In this document: positions 38,822 to 40,205 of the stretch, piece by piece
How the letters are laid out: every line of letters begins with the position of its first letter
How positions within the stretch are numbered: the stretch's first letter is position 1
Source of the DNA: Sphingomonadales bacterium
GTDB taxonomy: Bacteria > Pseudomonadota > Alphaproteobacteria > Sphingomonadales > Sphingomonadaceae
Reading direction: 5' to 3'
Length of the DNA stretch: 40,205 bases
Assembly: GCA_031414835.1 (NCBI GenBank)
Contig: JANOQL010000148.1
Span: forward strand, 1-40,205
The notes under the pieces: generated by a model
What the model saw: the letters and a program-made list of their open reading frames with translations, nothing else
The model's database searches: none
Told to the model about the DNA's origin: nothing
Position numbers and translations under genes: made by a program

Positions 38822-40205
38822 CAATATTCTCGCGCGCGACCGTGTTGATCTGACTAACTGCGATCGCGAACCGATCCAGATTCCAGGGGCCATCCTGCCA
38901 CATGGTGCGATGCTGGTGCTTGAATGCGAAACACTCCGCGTTCTTCAGGCCGCGGGCGACACGCCCGGGTTGCTGGGGCAGCCGATCGAGATGCTGATCG
39001 GTCGGCCTATAGATGCGCTGTTTTCGAGCGATCAGGTCAATCGGCTTAACGCTCTGTGCAAGGAACCCGACCTCCATAGGCCGCGTCACATGCTTGATCC
39101 CGTGATGCGCGTCTTTGATGATCGCGCACTCGATGCGAGTGCGCACCGCGTGGACGGCAATCTCGTCATCGAATTTGAAGCCGGCGAGCTGGAAGATAGT
39201 TTTGCAAGCGATCCGCTTGCCGCCGTGCAAGTCATGGTTGAAGGTTTTGGTAGCGCCACATCGCTGTACGCGCTGTGTCAGATGGCGACGGCCAGAGTGC
39301 GCCATGTCGCCCAATATGACCGCGTAATGATCTACCGCTTTATGGCCGATGGGTCTGGCTGGGTAATCGCCGAAAGCCGCGAGCCGTCGCTCGCTCCATT
39401 CCTCGATCTGCATTACCCTGCTGCCGATATTCCGCAGCAGGCGCGCGCGCTATACCTGAAAAGCTGGCTGCGGCTTATCACGCAGGTCGATTACGACCCC
39501 GCGCCGCTGACGCCGACACTCAACCCACGGAATGGCAAGCCGCTCGATATGAGCTTTGCCATCCTTCGCGATGTGTCGCCGATCCACCGCGAATATCTGC
39601 GCAACATGGGTATCGACGCGTCAATGTCGATTTCTATCATCGTCGCTGGCGAATTATGGGGCCTGATTGCGTGCCACAATAACAGCCCGCGTGTCCTTCC
39701 GCGTCATTTGCGAGCAGTGTGCGAGCTGTTCGGATCGATGTTTTCTCTCCAGCTCGAAGCGCGCGAGAAAAGCGAACAGTTCGAGGCGCGGCTCGCCAGC
39801 CGCAAGATCCTTCAAGAGTTGATGCTCAACTTGGCCGGCGTCGAGAATTATGCCTACGGCCTGACTCAGCAAACGCCGAACCTTCTCGACTACATACACG
39901 GCGGCGATATCGCGCTCGACGGGTCGCGTGGGGGCGGGGTCGCCGTGCGTGTCGAGGGCGAGATAACCTTTTTGGGCATCACGCCCAATCGCGAACAGAT
40001 CATGGCGCTTACTAACTGGTTGACGTCGTATATGGTCGAGACCGAGGGCGTCTTTTCGACCGATAGGCTCAGCGAGATTTACGCGCCGGCAAAAGAGTTC
40101 ACCGCCGTCGCATCAGGCTTGCTGGTCATCGCGGTCTCGCGCGATCCATCCGACTTCATCCTGTGGTTTCGGCCCGAGCTTGTCGAAACCGCGCTCTGGG
40201 CGGGC
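38814..40205 (+). CDS. bphP: Bacteriophytochrome PAS-GAF-PHY photosensory module, partial (runs off the window)
   Basis: Hand translation: VDLTNCDREPIQIPGAILPHG, DRVMIYRF, HYPAADIPQQARALY, VSPIHREYLRNMG, LWGLIACH, WFRPE...WAG; alternative ATG at 38808. Confidence 0.95.
   Translation, partial: MDNNILARDRVDLTNCDREPIQIPGAILPHGAMLVLECETLRVLQAAGDTPGLLGQPIEMLIGRPIDALFSSDQVNRLNALCKEPDLHRPRHMLDPVMRVFDDRALDASAHRVDGNLVIEFEAGELEDSFASDPLAAVQVMVEGFGSATSLYALCQMATARVRHVAQYDRVMIYRFMADGSGWVIAESREPSLAPFLDLHYPAADIPQQARALYLKSWLRLITQVDYDPAPLTPTLNPRNGKPLDMSFAILRDVSPIHREYLRNMGIDASMSISIIVAGELWGLIACHNNSPRVLPRHLRAVCELFGSMFSLQLEAREKSEQFEARLASRKILQELMLNLAGVENYAYGLTQQTPNLLDYIHGGDIALDGSRGGGVAVRVEGEITFLGITPNREQIMALTNWLTSYMVETEGVFSTDRLSEIYAPAKEFTAVASGLLVIAVSRDPSDFILWFRPELVETALWAG

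Larger units (their letters stand above)
34030..40205 (+). mobile_element. Integrative element (int, two hypothetical genes, xis, Rep); right boundary not seen
   Basis: Co-oriented integrase, excisionase-type HTH and HUH Rep-like genes; inclusion of the phytochrome genes is inferred. Confidence 0.62.

Noticed and set aside
1-40205. CRISPR array, rRNA, IS transposase or orphan toxin-immunity cassettes
   Set aside because: No regularly spaced repeats, rRNA-like sequence, transposase motifs or extra toxin tips seen by eye

Overview
GC-rich alphaproteobacterial window, sphingomonad-like by gene families (inferred, not proven). Core block at 1-9675: palindromic repeats, a small secreted protein, glpX, a class A PBP, an S1-protease autotransporter, recJ and tRNA-Glu(TTC). 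Downstream of the tRNA is an accessory region. It begins with a 22-codon integrase remnant. Next comes a compact cdiBAI-like two-partner secretion locus whose TpsA ends in a HINT domain and a colicin D-like toxin, followed by a small putative immunity gene. Then follow a tightly coupled pair of giant unknown proteins (~1170 and 1487 aa), an Lrp / Tat flavin oxidase / TonB receptor / exported RidA module, and a second TonB receptor. Last is an intact integrase-excisionase-HUH Rep element, followed by heme oxygenase and a bacteriophytochrome that runs off the window and is absent from the ORF track. The best candidates for an undescribed system are the giant protein pair and the minimal CDI-like toxin locus. 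All family calls come from motif recognition by eye; no searches were run.
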